64,000 nt of DNA, taken from the NCBI GenBank assembly GCA_013115125.1, contig JABANN010000099.1:1-64000 (forward strand), in the 5' to 3' direction. Origin of the DNA: Perkinsus olseni. Lineage: Eukaryota. The notes under the pieces were generated by a model, which was not told the origin of the DNA, ran no database searches, and worked only from the letters and a program-made list of their open reading frames with translations. Numbering within the stretch: position 1 is the stretch's first letter; the number at the start of each line of letters is the position of its first letter. A program made the translations under genes and the position numbers. Below, piece after piece: positions 24,484 to 37,564 of the stretch.

Positions 24484-27400
24484 ATGGACGTCCATGATGG
24501 CGAGGACCTCTTCGTAGACTATGGTGATTTCGGAGGTCAACAGCAGCTCTCCCCGAGGCATGAGGATGCCCAAGTAGATGATGATACAGCCATGGCTGGG
24601 GAAGGGGTCCCAGAGAACGCTGAGGAGCTCCTTGCCAATCCACCTAGCAGTAAGGCCCAGGCCCGCAGAACAATGCAAGTCGTCTTAATAGAATTAACGA
24701 ATACCTCCAACATCGCACCACCTATTCAGCATGCTCTGAAGAGGGCTCTGCTGTACTTGGCAGGAAAAAGCGGCTGGAAAAGTTAGAGGAAATTCGCGCA
24801 GGTACGCTGTTTATCTTCAATGCTCCTGATGACACGGACGAGGCCGAGGTCGAGATGCGATGTGGCAGATTTGGTGAAGTCCTGTAATAGTCCTCAGGGG
24901 CAGGGGCGCGTGGGCAGCGGGGGTGCTCAGGAATGTGGAGAAGGTTGAAGATAAGATGGTAGTCAATTTTAAAAACACCAAGTCCGCCTACTCAGCGCGA
25001 GAGAAACTCGACAATTCGAAGTTCGATGACAACGAAGTGAGCCTGTAGTACGAGTTGCGCTTGGGGTGGTACGAGTGCGAACTAGGTACACGTTTACTTT
25101 GGCTCACAACAGGGAGATCATCATCACAAGGGGAAGGGGTAGGGGAAGCCCCTTTAACCTCGGAATCACGTCTATTCCCTCTAGGCTCGGTGGAGATGGG
25201 GCAGCCCCTGCTGGCGGCATTGCTGTCAGGATGGACGTGGATCCATTGACCGGGGAGTATCTTGCCGGCGCCCGTGTTGTTGGCACTGGGGCTCGCCATG
25301 CTAACGGTGGTAATATCTCTAGTGGGAGTTGCTCACGGCACTTAGCATCAACGGGTAGGCATGCGACGACGCCTATCAAGTGACGAGAAACCGGCTTTGA
25401 AGATCGAGCCTCCAGAGCAGCCAGTGTCTCACTGGAGTGAGGTTCATGACCTGGAACATGACGACTGTGCAGCACTGTACTACGGGGCCCTCGAAACCGA
25501 AGTCTCGTCTAGGGGAAAAACTCCCGTGCGCTGCAGCACAGTCTCTCGCCCGTGCACGACTCGTCTACGTCGAGGCATCGCTTTGTGTCGGCATCAGCCA
25601 GGAACCGCTTCCGTCAACCCTCCCTGGTTCCTCCCTCCTCACTGTATGTGTTATTCGTAGATTGGACGACTACAGCAAGCATCCTCATCGTGAGTATCTC
25701 AACAACCGTTATGTTCTATTCGGGAACCTTCCATCGTCTGAGATCGACATAGACTCCAGACGGTCCATTGAGGGCTTCCTGGCTCGCTGGGTCAAGTTGG
25801 ATGATCTGGTTGATACCAATAAGGTCATACTACGGGCACGATCAGGCGGGGGAGTACTCCTGCCAGTTGCTGTTACGATCAGTAGCTGGCGGCCAATTAA
25901 GCCTCGGATAATAGACATCTAGCGTTGAGGCGAAACATGTCGAATGATGCCTGTCAACAAGCGCCTTCTGTGATGGCTCCTGCCGGGCATACCGTCGTGT
26001 GCTATGCTGTTCAGAGGTCCAACACGTTGCTTTCATCAGATAATAGTAGCTGGTATACCGGTCCTGCACGTCACGTTGAGGTCCACCAGAGCGGCGGCTT
26101 TCCTTCAGTCACATGTTGAGAAGTAGTAGTGAACAAAGAGTGTGGTGGACGCGGCAGGTCGTTCTTAGGGATCTGCATGACCACGGTCATGCCACTCATG
26201 TAGCCTTCGCTCCGCCTTTGAAAGCTGACAAGAAGCTCTGGGTTGGTTGGAGTCTCCCCATGGGCTTCAAGGTCTCAGAGACTGACCTCAATAAGGCCTT
26301 CGCCAGCTTTGGATGTGAGCAGCCTAATAAGGGGTTGTGAATCTCATCACTCGGTCTCTCTCTTCAGACATAGATGATTTCCGAATGCTGGAGAATAAGA
26401 ACTGTGCTTTCATACAGTAGGTGCTGGGTTCTTGACCCTTCTCTTTTTCTGTTGGTCGCCTCTCAAAATAGCAGGGATTTTTCCTTCTTTGCCCGGTTGC
26501 GGTGGCGCTTCTAGCTTGGTTTCGGTGGACGATGGCATTCCTCCTCATTTGTATAGGTATTCCCATGTTGCTGATGCGGTAAAGGCCTACAACTCGATGT
26601 ACGGCCTGGAGATAGCCGCCGGGCACTTCCTCAACGTCGATTTCACGTCCGCTCCAGCGGCCCACAGCCACCAGCCTGTCGGATTCGGTGGCAACAGGGA
26701 GGTAGTGCTGAGCCTTTAGGCGTTCATTCGGCCACTATTCGGTTTTCTCTGCATCAGAATGTCCCGGGTCTGCATCAGTCCTTGGACGAGTACAGGAGCC
26801 ATCGGCTTGGTGGTCGAGATCGTTCTCGCTCTCCTCATAGACATCGACATAGGTCGAGAAGTAGAGACGATAGACGCAGTCGGAGGCACCATGAGGACCG
26901 GTACTACTGCGGGACGGTGGGAGGGCGTCTAATAGTCACTTTATCTTTCTCACGTCTGGTGGGTCGGGCGGAGATTTATAAGCGAACAAGAGCTAACCTG
27001 CCAGCCTCAACGTCACGCGCACGGAGACTCATGCTCCTACTTTTGCGAGCTGCCATTAATCGCCTGGCACACCGGAAACAAATTCGGAATCCCCAAGGCC
27101 GTATCCGAGATGTTCGGGTTTTCATGACGTGTGGATTTCACCTGGACGGACTGGCGCTCCATGAACTCCCCCTCAGGGAGTCCTCGCGTAGTCTGGAGGA
27201 CAGTCGGGAATCGACTCAGCATCGGTCAGCTGAGACGTTATACATTCTGAAGATGGGCGAGTTGGCCTGTCAAGTGAAGTGGCGTTTTGTCCGCGGCTCT
27301 GAGGCCAACACCTTGTCACAGTAAGTTTTGGCAGAGAGTATGCTGTAGTAGTCGAGGAGGCACTGATTGCATTTAGTCTGTCCAAGTTGAATATAGACCA

Positions 27401-27914
27401 GCGTACGAAGATAGACCATTGTCGAAGTCATGTGGAGAGGCAGCCCAAGGAGACCTCTATATGGTATGTCTCTGCGGCAACGAAGGAAGATTGTGAAGGG
27501 TAAGTTTCGGTGGTTCTATGCCCGAACGCCCGACTTCCGTGTACCCGTCGGTATTAGTGCCAACGGGCCTCTCCTCTCTTCATCTGGTGGGCGATAGTTG
27601 TGGTGAGTTCGTGCTGATCAGTTACGACAAGCTATGCGACTACTTCATAGGGAAGGACAGGGTTGGCTTTATCCATACTGGTGACTACTATTACTATCTG
27701 TGTCCTCCGTCAAAAGCATGTAAGTCAGGGCTGAGTGTTGATGCTCGGCTATCACTCGAGGTCATCATGTTCCCTTCTTGTAGGTGCGGAGGCTCTGTCG
27801 TTGGAGCCCAGCTGTTACATGATACTAGTGCAAATAGCGGCGACTCCTGGTGACGCCATGGTGACAGCCGTAAGCAGCAGCAGCAACCCGCGTGAGCAAG
27901 ACAAACGAGTGTAA
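24484..27914 (+). CDS. Three-RRM plus C-terminal SPOC domain protein (Spen/RBM15/FPA-like)
   Basis: RRMs TLFIFNAPDDTDEAEV, YVLFGNLPSS and KLWVG...KNCAFIQYSHVADAVKAYNSMYG; RS-rich linker; SPOC-like KLNIDQRTKIDH...YDKLCDYFIGKDRVG...YYLCPPS. Confidence 0.78.
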
Positions 27915-28409
27915 CTATTTTCGGTATCATACTATCTAGTATTCATCGCATTTGTGTTGGGAATTGGGGATGGATGATGGGAGGGTGCAAGTAGTACGAG
28001 GGCCCCTAGGTTCACGGAGGGTTGAGTTACCTCATCATCTCTCTGTCACACAGGGTGGAATCTCGGCCCGCCCCTTCTCCTGGTCGTAGGGATGCTATCA
28101 CCCTTCTCCGGGTGTTATGCCGAAATGGTATATTGATGCCTATGGAGGACACTGAAACTGTGAAACCCCTACAGATTGAGTGCCCGTGAGACGTTAGTTG
28201 GCAGTACTCTCAGCATACTTAGCAGCTGCAAGCTTGTTGGTGGTTGCCGTACTCAGCGTATGAGAATCACGTCGGAGACGGGTTCTTCAGGTGTGGGCCT
28301 GAAGCGCTTTGACATCGTGTGAAGTAATAATGTGCGTAGTAGTTTTATGTCTGTGTTTTCGAGTAAAGTTGCCGGTGCTGCCGCCGCTGTATCCCCGATA
28401 TCTTCGTCA

Positions 28410-30140
28410 ATGTCGCCCGCAGCAGCAAGAAGCAACGAGGACTACATAGCCGGTGCTAGAGTTGAGGAGGAGGATGATGATGACCACCAGCAGAAGCCCA
28501 GCGGCGGTGATAAAGCGAAGAAGCCTACGGCCAGTTGCTCCGGGACTGTGCTCTACAGGCTATATGTCACTTTCATAGTACTAACGGGACCGAGGGTGTG
28601 TACGGCGGTTGTACCGTGTAGATGGTATGCCTTGGCACATAGGGGTAGTAATTACTAGTCGTAGTATTTAATTTCGTCATGAAGTCGCGGCGCACAGGCT
28701 CCGTGCTCGATATGTTCCCTATATACAGTCCGGCCAGAACAGGCCATGGCATGGTACCTCTCCTAGCCACCATCGTATATAGGGGACCTAGTCCTCCATG
28801 TCGACCGCTAGGCCCTATCACTCAGTGTCTGGTGGTAGATACTTTTGTATTGCGGATTGAACGCTACAATGGGGCTGTTCAATCGGTGGGCTCTAGGTGA
28901 GTCGTTTCACGAGGCACTCCCTTGGTAGTCTATCGTATGGCCTCAGGCGTCCATGGTTTTCACTTTCCCCTTATACTTACCGGCGCCAATATGGTAGCCA
29001 TGGTCCTCACTATCGGACCAGTAGTGGCCTGTTGGCCGTCTATGAGGGCCCAGGTAATCTCCCTGGCTCCTCCTCTGGATGTGCACTCCCGGCCTCCAAC
29101 ACGTCCTCGTAGACCCCAGGCCTCATGCCCTCGTGTAGCCTGTTGTCGACTGCTCAGGTGTCCACTCATCTGAGGAAGCATATCTGGCCAGTGTGTGCAG
29201 TGTCGATTCTTAATGGTGTCCAACTAGCCCTCAACAACGCCAGTTTAGTACGGATAGAGCTTTCTATGAACCAGGTAGGGCGTCCTCGCCCCTCCACAGC
29301 AGCCCAGACCGATACCGTCAGATTATCCGCTCTGCCTCCCCAGTGGTGATAGCAATTCTTGGCCGTTTTATTTTACACACCCCAAAGTCAACTAGGCTGC
29401 AGAGGATATCGCTGCTCCTCCTTACACTAGGCGTGGCCCTCACTGTACGGACTCCCACAGGATTCAACTCCGCCGCTGTAAGCTGTCACCCCATCATAAC
29501 AACTTTCCATCAGAGCCAGATCAACTCTCAGGTCCACGTTGGTATACTGCAATGCATCCTGGGAACTATCCTGTTATCATTGCAGATGGTCATCTCCCAG
29601 CGTCTCCTTGGCCCGGGCACTCGGATACACCCCCTACTCCTAACTTTGTATACCGCTGCTGTTGCTTGTGTGACTCTCCTTCCTGTTGCCATCTGGGCGG
29701 AGGGCTGGGATTTCGCCACTTATTTTCAGGAGCGTCATTGGGAGACGGTGATGGTATTGGGCGTTGGTTGCTCCTGCTCGGTCGTCTACAGCATCATCGT
29801 CTTCACCATGATCAAGGTTGTGTCTGCTACCGGTACGGCTATTGTCGGTAACGTTCAGTTGGTGTTGCTACTGGGCTTGGCGGAGATGCTGCTTGACGAG
29901 ATGAAGGGCTGGTCGACTCGGCAGTTCTTAGGGGTGCTGTCTACTATAGTAGGAGCAGGAGTGTGGACCTACTGTAAAGTGAAGAAGCCTTCGAAGCCCT
30001 CTAGAGACTATCAGAGCGTCCCTCAAGTAGACCTAGAGACAGGCGACGGGACCGCGACTAGGAGCAGCAGTACTAGTATCGTGCAGGAGCAGACCACTGC
30101 GCAGCCTCGAGTCCAAAACCCCCCGCCGAAAAAAGACTAA
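28410..30140 (+). CDS. Triose-phosphate/nucleotide-sugar transporter family (DMT superfamily, SLC35E-like)
   Basis: GFHFPLILTGANM, LALNNASLVRIELSMNQIIRSASP, IKVVSATGTAIVGNVQ; multiple transmembrane segments. Confidence 0.85.
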
Positions 30141-30356
30141 ACCCCAATGTGGCTGTTGACTCCCTTGTTTTTTGTTGTTGATTGACCGTCTCCATCCTAG
30201 GGCACGGTTTCTCATCGCTTATCATTGCTTTTGTGCAACCATTAGTACCATTCATTTCTCCACCAACTGCCTACTGCCTCTCCTGCTCTCTGTTGGTTAA
30301 TCGTCGGGGGTTATTTGCGGGAGTAACTGTGAAATTTGGTTATCGGCCCTATTGAG

Positions 30357-33300
30357 ATGACCGTGTCGACCGGCAAGGTGTCCTCCGTAGCGGTACCGCT
30401 CCAAGCGGCGTCCAAGAAGGAGATCCTCCGCCAACTCAAGAGATTCTTCATCAGCACGAACACGGCCTGGACGGATCGAAAGTGAGTCCGCCACCGCCGC
30501 CTACGGTGGTGACAGTGAGTGTCTTGTGGCAGGGGTGGGGGTCCCACAGGGGAGGCCAAGGGCCGTCGGAGGGTTGAGGTCTGTGTGGGGGAGTCCCGGG
30601 GTATGGCAGGTTAACCAGCAGCTCCCCTTGCCAGGGCTTACTGTTGTCAGCCGATCATCCTAGCGGACCGCAGGCTACCGATAGCGGCAAGGCTCCTCAG
30701 GTTAAGACGACGCCTGGCGACGGGCGACTTGAGGGCCTCCTCGCAGAGCGTAGGCTGCACCCGGTAGGCCCTACACAGCCCCCCCCGTGTGGCCGTATAC
30801 GTCAAGCAGGGCTTCCTTATTGCCGAGAACTGCGTCACTGATGAGATAACAATCCTCGAAGACCGCAGAGGCCCCCCGGCCAACGCCCCCGTGTGGCCTC
30901 TGATGCCGCACAAGTACCGTCCGCCCATCTGTAGATGCTCGGATGATGTCGAGGACATGCTTGACAGGATCGAGCGCCTTCGGTGGGCCTCCAGTAGCAG
31001 TCCTGTTCCAAGAGAGCACCCCTTCCAGGCGGGACGGTCTCTTCCAGGCGACTGTTATGAACCTAGTCACAGCACGGGCTGAGTGGCTCTTCGTGAAGAC
31101 TGGGGGCCGGCATCTCGCTAACGGCTTCCGTATCAACACGCCTCCATCGGCCTCTCAAGGAGGGGCGTCACACCTGACTTCAGTAGCATCGCTAGACGGC
31201 TGGGGCCTCCCTAAGGGGAAATCAGACCGTCGAAAGGGAGCTATGGTTCGGATAGATCCGCAGGTCCACATCGCCATTCATCCTCTATAGACCTGATCAT
31301 GGTCTCAGGAGGTCCTAGGCATTCCCGAGCTGCATGTAGTGCCGGAGGCTGACCGTGTCCTGCAGCCTGAAGCCTGGTGTGCATTGCTGACGGTAGAGTA
31401 CGAGACTCTCAGCTCGATCCACTATCAGTCCCCACTCAGCCCCCATGCAGAAGTGTAGGCTCTCTGTTCACCTCTATGACCAAGGCCGTAGTGATGGCAG
31501 GTACTTCGTCTCACAGTTGGCCGAGATCGCTATGCTTCGGTGGACGGAACCCGGGGCCGAGAAGGTCCGAGGCTCAGTCATCGGCGTGGGATGGATTACC
31601 TCTCTCCAGGCCGCGGTCGACGAGGCGGTCCTCCGCATTGTGTGGTCCCTATGGCGGATGTACTACACGCACCCAGCTGAGGGGAAGTCTAGGGACAGAC
31701 ACGACCTCATCATCGCTAAGGTCCGCTTCTACTACCGCCACTACTACCCTGATGCCACCCCTCCTAGATCCTGGCCACGATGGGCTTTGCCTGCTACAGG
31801 CTGGGGGAGTACCCTCTAGCCCGTGAGTGCTTCAAGAACGCCAAGATACTCCGAATCTCCTACAACACGCGACGCCATCGTGAACCCCCGATGGTACCTC
31901 GCTGCCTCTCTGCCCTCATCGCCTAGTCTCCGCAGATTTGCCCCCACGTGGCCGCCTGGGGACACAACGAAGCGCTCGCCTTGTCTGCCTTGGGGAAATA
32001 CAGGACTGCCTACAAGCTCGCCTGGAGTGCTGCAGAAATCATGAAAGTGGGACTGCCTGCGACGACACTGGAACAAGCCTTCATACTTGTTAGGGTACTC
32101 GGGGACCAGACCATCCTCAAACGGTCCACTGCCGGCTTACAGTGGAGAGGCTCAAGCGCCGACCGGATGTAGCGATGTAGGTGTAGATCGAGGTTCGTAG
32201 AGGGGGCCTTTGCTGCACACAGGTCGCTGAGCGCGGGAGTTGACGTGTCCCCGAAGGAGGCAATAAAGGCCATAAAGAAAACAGAGAAGCGGCCGAAGGC
32301 TACTAAAATTAACAACCGTCGGAGACAATGAAGTTACCTGCACGCCTCCGCCTGTGTGAATTTCGAAAGGTGTCATCAAGCCCCAGGGAATCGTTGAGTT
32401 CCATGGGTTCCCCGTCTCCGAGTATTCTCTGTTGACCATCTCTGCAATGGACGCGGCGGCGGATCCGCCGGAAGGCATGGTTGGGATAGACGAGTGGCTG
32501 GCCTCCCTTCGAACCCACCTGGGCTCACTGGATGAGAAGCTTTTCATCGACCAGCCTGAGAGGTGGAGCTGGGGTCTCTCTTTGAGTTACATCTCTAGCA
32601 CTGCGGTCGAACGCTCCTCTTTCCCTTATGAAGGCCCCTGACGAACCCTCCCAAGGGGCAACCGTTGCTGCCTCCTGTGGTCGTCGTCGAGGAAAAAGCA
32701 GCGAAAACGAAGCCTAAGAGTACCAAGAAGAAGGGCAAAGGAAAGAAGGCAAAAGATAAAGCGAAGGCCATGTCGACCTTCAAGATGCGTGGGTCTGCCC
32801 ATAGTCGGCCTCAGCGGCTCTACTGGTCCTCCTCACTGAGGAGTCCTCAGCCGCCGGCATCTGGGGCTTCCATGAGCGTCTGGCGGCGAAGTCGAAGTCT
32901 TCAGCGCGGCCGCCGCGGTACCGGCGAGACGGCACCCGTCTGCTGGTCAGTCTGCTGGGCTCAACCCCGACCGTACCGCTCTACTAGGGAGGGGCCTCGG
33001 CGACGTTGTCGTAGTGTATTGTGTTGTAGACGGCAGCCGAAGAGGAGTACCCGGATGGCCCCGCCTCCTCCTCCTCCTCCTCCTCGGCCAGTCCATCAGC
33101 CATGGATCTTCAAAGGGCCCCCACCGTGGTGACAGTCATAGACGAGCCTTGGGAGCCTCCGCCTTGTGAATGCTCAGAGGACGTGGAGGACCTCATCGAT
33201 CGGATTGGCGTCTTGAGGTGGGAGTAGTCGCGACTACGTTCTTACTACACCCCCGTTGGTGGGGTCAGGCGTGAGCGGAAGTATCGTGACTCGGCCCTTG

Positions 33301-34625
33301 CACTGGTCCACGCCCGGGCGGAGTGGCTCTGGGTGGCCTCCTCGGGTCTTTTCCAACCGACCGGCTTCATCACCACTAAGGAGAAAGAAGCGCTCGATAA
33401 GGTTGCAGCGTACATCAATCAGGATGGGAGATGCGGAAGGGGCAGCTCCTCCTCCTCCTCCTCCTCCGCGATGAGCAGAGAAGAGGACTTTGCCCGCCCT
33501 CTCGGGGACTTCATAAAACCGGTAAACCCCCTCCCTCCCAACCCGTCGGGGGATCGATCCTCTAGTGCTGCGGCCTAGCATCGCTTCATTCCGGTATAGC
33601 CGATGAGAGTGCTCGTGGCAGGTCGGCTCTCCGCCAGTCTATGAGGTGGTCCCCCTGGACCCCCTCCTGTCCCCTTCCGATTGGGCCGTTATGGTGGCTG
33701 ATGACATAGAGAATATGGCCGCTAAAGGTTGCCGCTCACCCATTCCCGTGGAGGCTGAGATGTCGGTCCCACGGTGCCCCTACACCCTCTCATACCGCTT
33801 ATCATGTACAGATTCTTCGTCTGTGAGCTCTCATCACTGGTTATAGCATCCTACTCACCTGATGACCCGAGCAAGGTAGCCCCGGCAGAGCAGCCGTGGT
33901 GACCGCTGTCAGTACGCCAGGACCCGGTGTATGGATCCGCCCTGAGGCTGGTATGGGCCATCGGCTGCGTGCTCAGCATCTGGGTTAATCTAGACGACCC
34001 TAAAAACTACCCCTTCAATGCTCAGGTAGCTCCGTCCGACTACCCGTGGCATGCGTGAAGTCAGGTATGGTCAGCCCTGGGGTACATATCTTTCCGGATG
34101 GGCCATTACGACATTGCGGCTCACTCCTACTTGGAAGCACGGGACTGCAGGGAGGCCTACGCTATGTATAAAGGAAAGGAACATAGGGTAACCACTGCCC
34201 GCTGGCGCTTCGCGTTGAAGCACTCTCCCGGTAGGTCTGCCCGCACATAGCCACCGCCTACCACAACGCCGGCGCATCGTTCATGCAGATGGGGAGGGAC
34301 CGAGAGGCCTTCGCCTTCCTAGGGGTTGCCATGGAGGCTTTCTCGGTACCTGGCTTCGGTCACATGGCACAGCAATCTTCCAGTAGATCTCGATTGGGGA
34401 GCTACATCCGAGAGCACGGATTTGCCTTCGAAACCTGCATGCCCTCCGAGACAGGGGAGGGGTTTTGAAGTAACGCTTGGCCATATGGAGCCTGATATCA
34501 CTTCAATGAGCAGGACCCTAACTTCACTAGATGTCCCGCACGTCGTCCGCTACAGAGTCGAAGACATTACCAAAAATTCCGGTACAGTAAAGAGAAGTGG
34601 CAAGAAAAAGAAGAAGAAAACATGA
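30357..34625 (+). CDS. Hypothetical multi-exon protein(s) made of two paralogous halves, each with a TPR-like helix and a Lys-rich tail
   Basis: Halves align: CRCSDDVEDMLDRIERLR|RDG..ARAEWL vs CECSEDVEDLIDRIGVLR|RER..ARAEWL (same intron position), and AWGHNEALALSALGKYRTA vs TAYHNAGASFMQMGRDREA. Confidence 0.6.
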
Positions 34626-34752
34626 ATCCAAATGCCCACTTTTCTGCTACACGCCGTCATTCTCCTACCGATGGTTGCCGCGTTGCCCAATTGGCTTGGG
34701 ACGGCTGTGGCAGCTTTAATTCGTGTCTTGCCCCCTCCTACATTCCCAGGAC

Positions 34753-36356
34753 ATGAGCACGATCTTCGACCCGTCTCCTGCCAGCAGCAACCAGAGATAC
34801 CCTCCAGAGAGGAAATATTCGGGTGGATCGGGCCGCGCCAGCGTCACTCAAGTCAAGAGACCATACCCCCAGACCGACTTCAGTGACCCCAACCTGGCCG
34901 TCAGAACGCTCATGGTCTTCCGGTTCCCGCGGGAGGCACAAGAGGTGGATCTAGGTGAGGTCAGATCACGCCTGCTGCTACTGTGGAGTCCGGCCGTTTC
35001 CTCGCAGCCTGCCGATTCGGCCGCTTTGGTCCCCTCGAGCATGTGAAGGTCGTCTACGACCCCGTCACCCACTTGCCCCGCTGCTATGGTTTCGTCCGCT
35101 TCGTCCACCGATCACACGCGCTGGAGGCCTATCAGGCTTGCGAGGAGCGGGAGATCTCCATGGACGATCCTTTCGGACGGACCTGTAGGTTGTCATGGCT
35201 CCCCCGTGTGTAATGGCTGAGATGCTGCTCGCTCAGGGTTCTTCGAAGTCAAGTGGGCTCGGAACGCTCGAGCTGCCGGCGAGATCCCGAGGGGTCCGGG
35301 GGACCAGCCGAATGGTTACAACGGCGGTTATGCGCAGTCGCCAGAAAATCCGCCGCCCGGGGGAATCCCCTCGGACGCCTCGCCCACTGCAGTGCCGTCT
35401 CATCTGGCGATACACGATTCGTAAGCGCAACTCAGTCACTGCTTCCACGGTACAGGTGCTCTCCTCAGGATCGTTCCACCGCTCCTGGCTGACACTTCGG
35501 ACGACTTCAGCCCGCCTGGCCTGTCCCCTTCCGCTATCGAACCCGCCCTGCTAGAGCTAGCCAGCTACGAGGAGGACTCGAGCCCAGTAGGGGACTGCGA
35601 TATGTCCACATAGAAAGTCATTACCCCTCGCAGATGATGTCGTCTGAGGAGGCACAGGAGCTCCTGAGGCAGCTTGAAAATGCACAACAGTCAGACATGA
35701 GCATCGCGGCAGCCACACGAGTCGAGTCAGTGTCTCCCTTCGAGCTTCCCGAAGTGGTGAGCCTAACACAGGCATCGCTGTTCGCCTTGAACTTGCTATC
35801 GCCGTCAGGTTCGGGATCCTCCTACTATCAATCATTTTCTTGACATCGCCTCCGAAGCTGAGGAGACCGCTACCTCCCAGGCGGCGGCTGCAGCTGCGGC
35901 TGCGGCGCTAGCGTCGAAGACGGAGCATACTTCTCAAGATGATCTGGCTCTCCTTATGGAGACAGTTTTCAAGGTCAGTCGACTAACAGTGATCCATAGT
36001 GTCAGCGCGAGGTCGGTTTTTTTTCATGCATTTTGTCTTTTCTCTCTCTACACTATGCTTCTTCTCAATTCTCTGGAAAAGCCTAAAGTCTCGTTTCATC
36101 CTCGGAGATTTCTGATCCTCAGACGGTACGTCGCAGCGCTCTGGAGAGGCTGCGGAAGGCGAGTGACGCCTCGCCCAGTACGAGATGCGGCAGCTCGACA
36201 TCAAGGTTGGGCGAAACAAGCGATAACCCCACGCGGGAGGCTCGAGTAGGTTCCGATTCATTGATTGCTGTGGGAACTGGTGTCAATCCAGGCCGGCTCC
36301 GAGGCGGCGATGGACGAGCCTGCAGCAGCGTCCTAATGTCAAAAGAATCCTCATAG
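34753..36356 (+). CDS. Single-RRM RNA-binding protein
   Basis: RTLMVFRFP (RNP2); FGRFGPLEHVKVVYDPVTHLPRCYGFVRF (RNP1); EVKWAR. Confidence 0.82.
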
Positions 36357-37564
36357 ATCATCCCTGCTGTCTAAAAACGATAAGATTCTCTCATGATTCC
36401 GTTCAATGTGTGATCAAGATAACGATTGTTGCTGCTGCTGGCTGTAGCAGTAGTAGCGGATTGCCACTTTCTGTAACCTAAAAGATCAGTAGAGTTACTT
36501 TTTATATCTCCTTAGCCATTCTCCCATCGACTACACGAATCTTCGTTGCTTGTAAACTTGCTGTCACCGCGTGATGCCGCAATGATGACGGATCTATTCC
36601 GGCGAGCCAGAAACAGTTGAATATCATTTTTTGTTATATGCACGTATTGGAAGAGTCGCTGTGAAAAGTGTTCCTTGGTCTTGCTGCTGGATTGCTGCTG
36701 CTGCTGCTGAGTCGTGGATTCCTGTAATCCCAACGGGGTTGTTTCTTTTAGTAGTAGTATTATCATCATCATCATGAACAGTGGCGAAAAGATTTGAGAT
36801 AAGGGTCCACTCCTAGAAGATATATCCATTCCTCATTCTATTCAGCGTATGGCGAGACAGTAGTGATAGTAGTAGCAGATACAGTTGGTCTCGCTGTTCG
36901 TCCCAGAAGTATCATGATTACTACTACACGTCTTAAGACTTGGTACTTTTAACGATGATAAGGGTAGCTTTGTCAGACAGCGTGCATGCAACGTAGAAGT
37001 TCTTATCGAGTGTTGAGTTCTGCAGTGCATAGTCAGAGGAAGTAGGCCTTAACAATATCCTGTCCGAGTCGTCGGCCATGAGGAATTGCTCTGGCGATAT
37101 CCAAATCGTCAAAAATGGCGTTGAAACATTTGATGGTTGTCATCAATCCCAACATACATCTTGAAACCCAAAACCATATCGCGTAAATTGAGCATTACGA
37201 GGGCGAGCATACATACAGCGATGATGCACCAATAGCACATAAGCATGTGATGTACGCGGCTTAGGTCCTGATACGATGTGAGTTGCGTTATACACCTGGA
37301 GCGCAGCTGTTGACACGTGTTGGATTCCAGATCAGCGAAAACCAAGCTTTGCACGAGCATAGAACGGTTTAAGGCGTCGTCGTTGATTGGTGAACCCGAC
37401 AGTAGGTCTCCTGCATAAACTCAATTCAATGATACGTTAGTGCCATCAACGAACGATGCTTATACTCGGACTCGCCATGACCTTGGTTCATGTGACGATT
37501 CGACCAAACACCCGTTGTGTACTAGAAACTCGACAGAAGGGTCATCGTCAAAGCTTTCACTACA

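Noticed and set aside
30300..34625. Degenerate transposon or programmed frameshifting
   Set aside because: The frame changes coincide with 46-50 nt introns conserved between the two halves, and no transposase or RT motifs are present.
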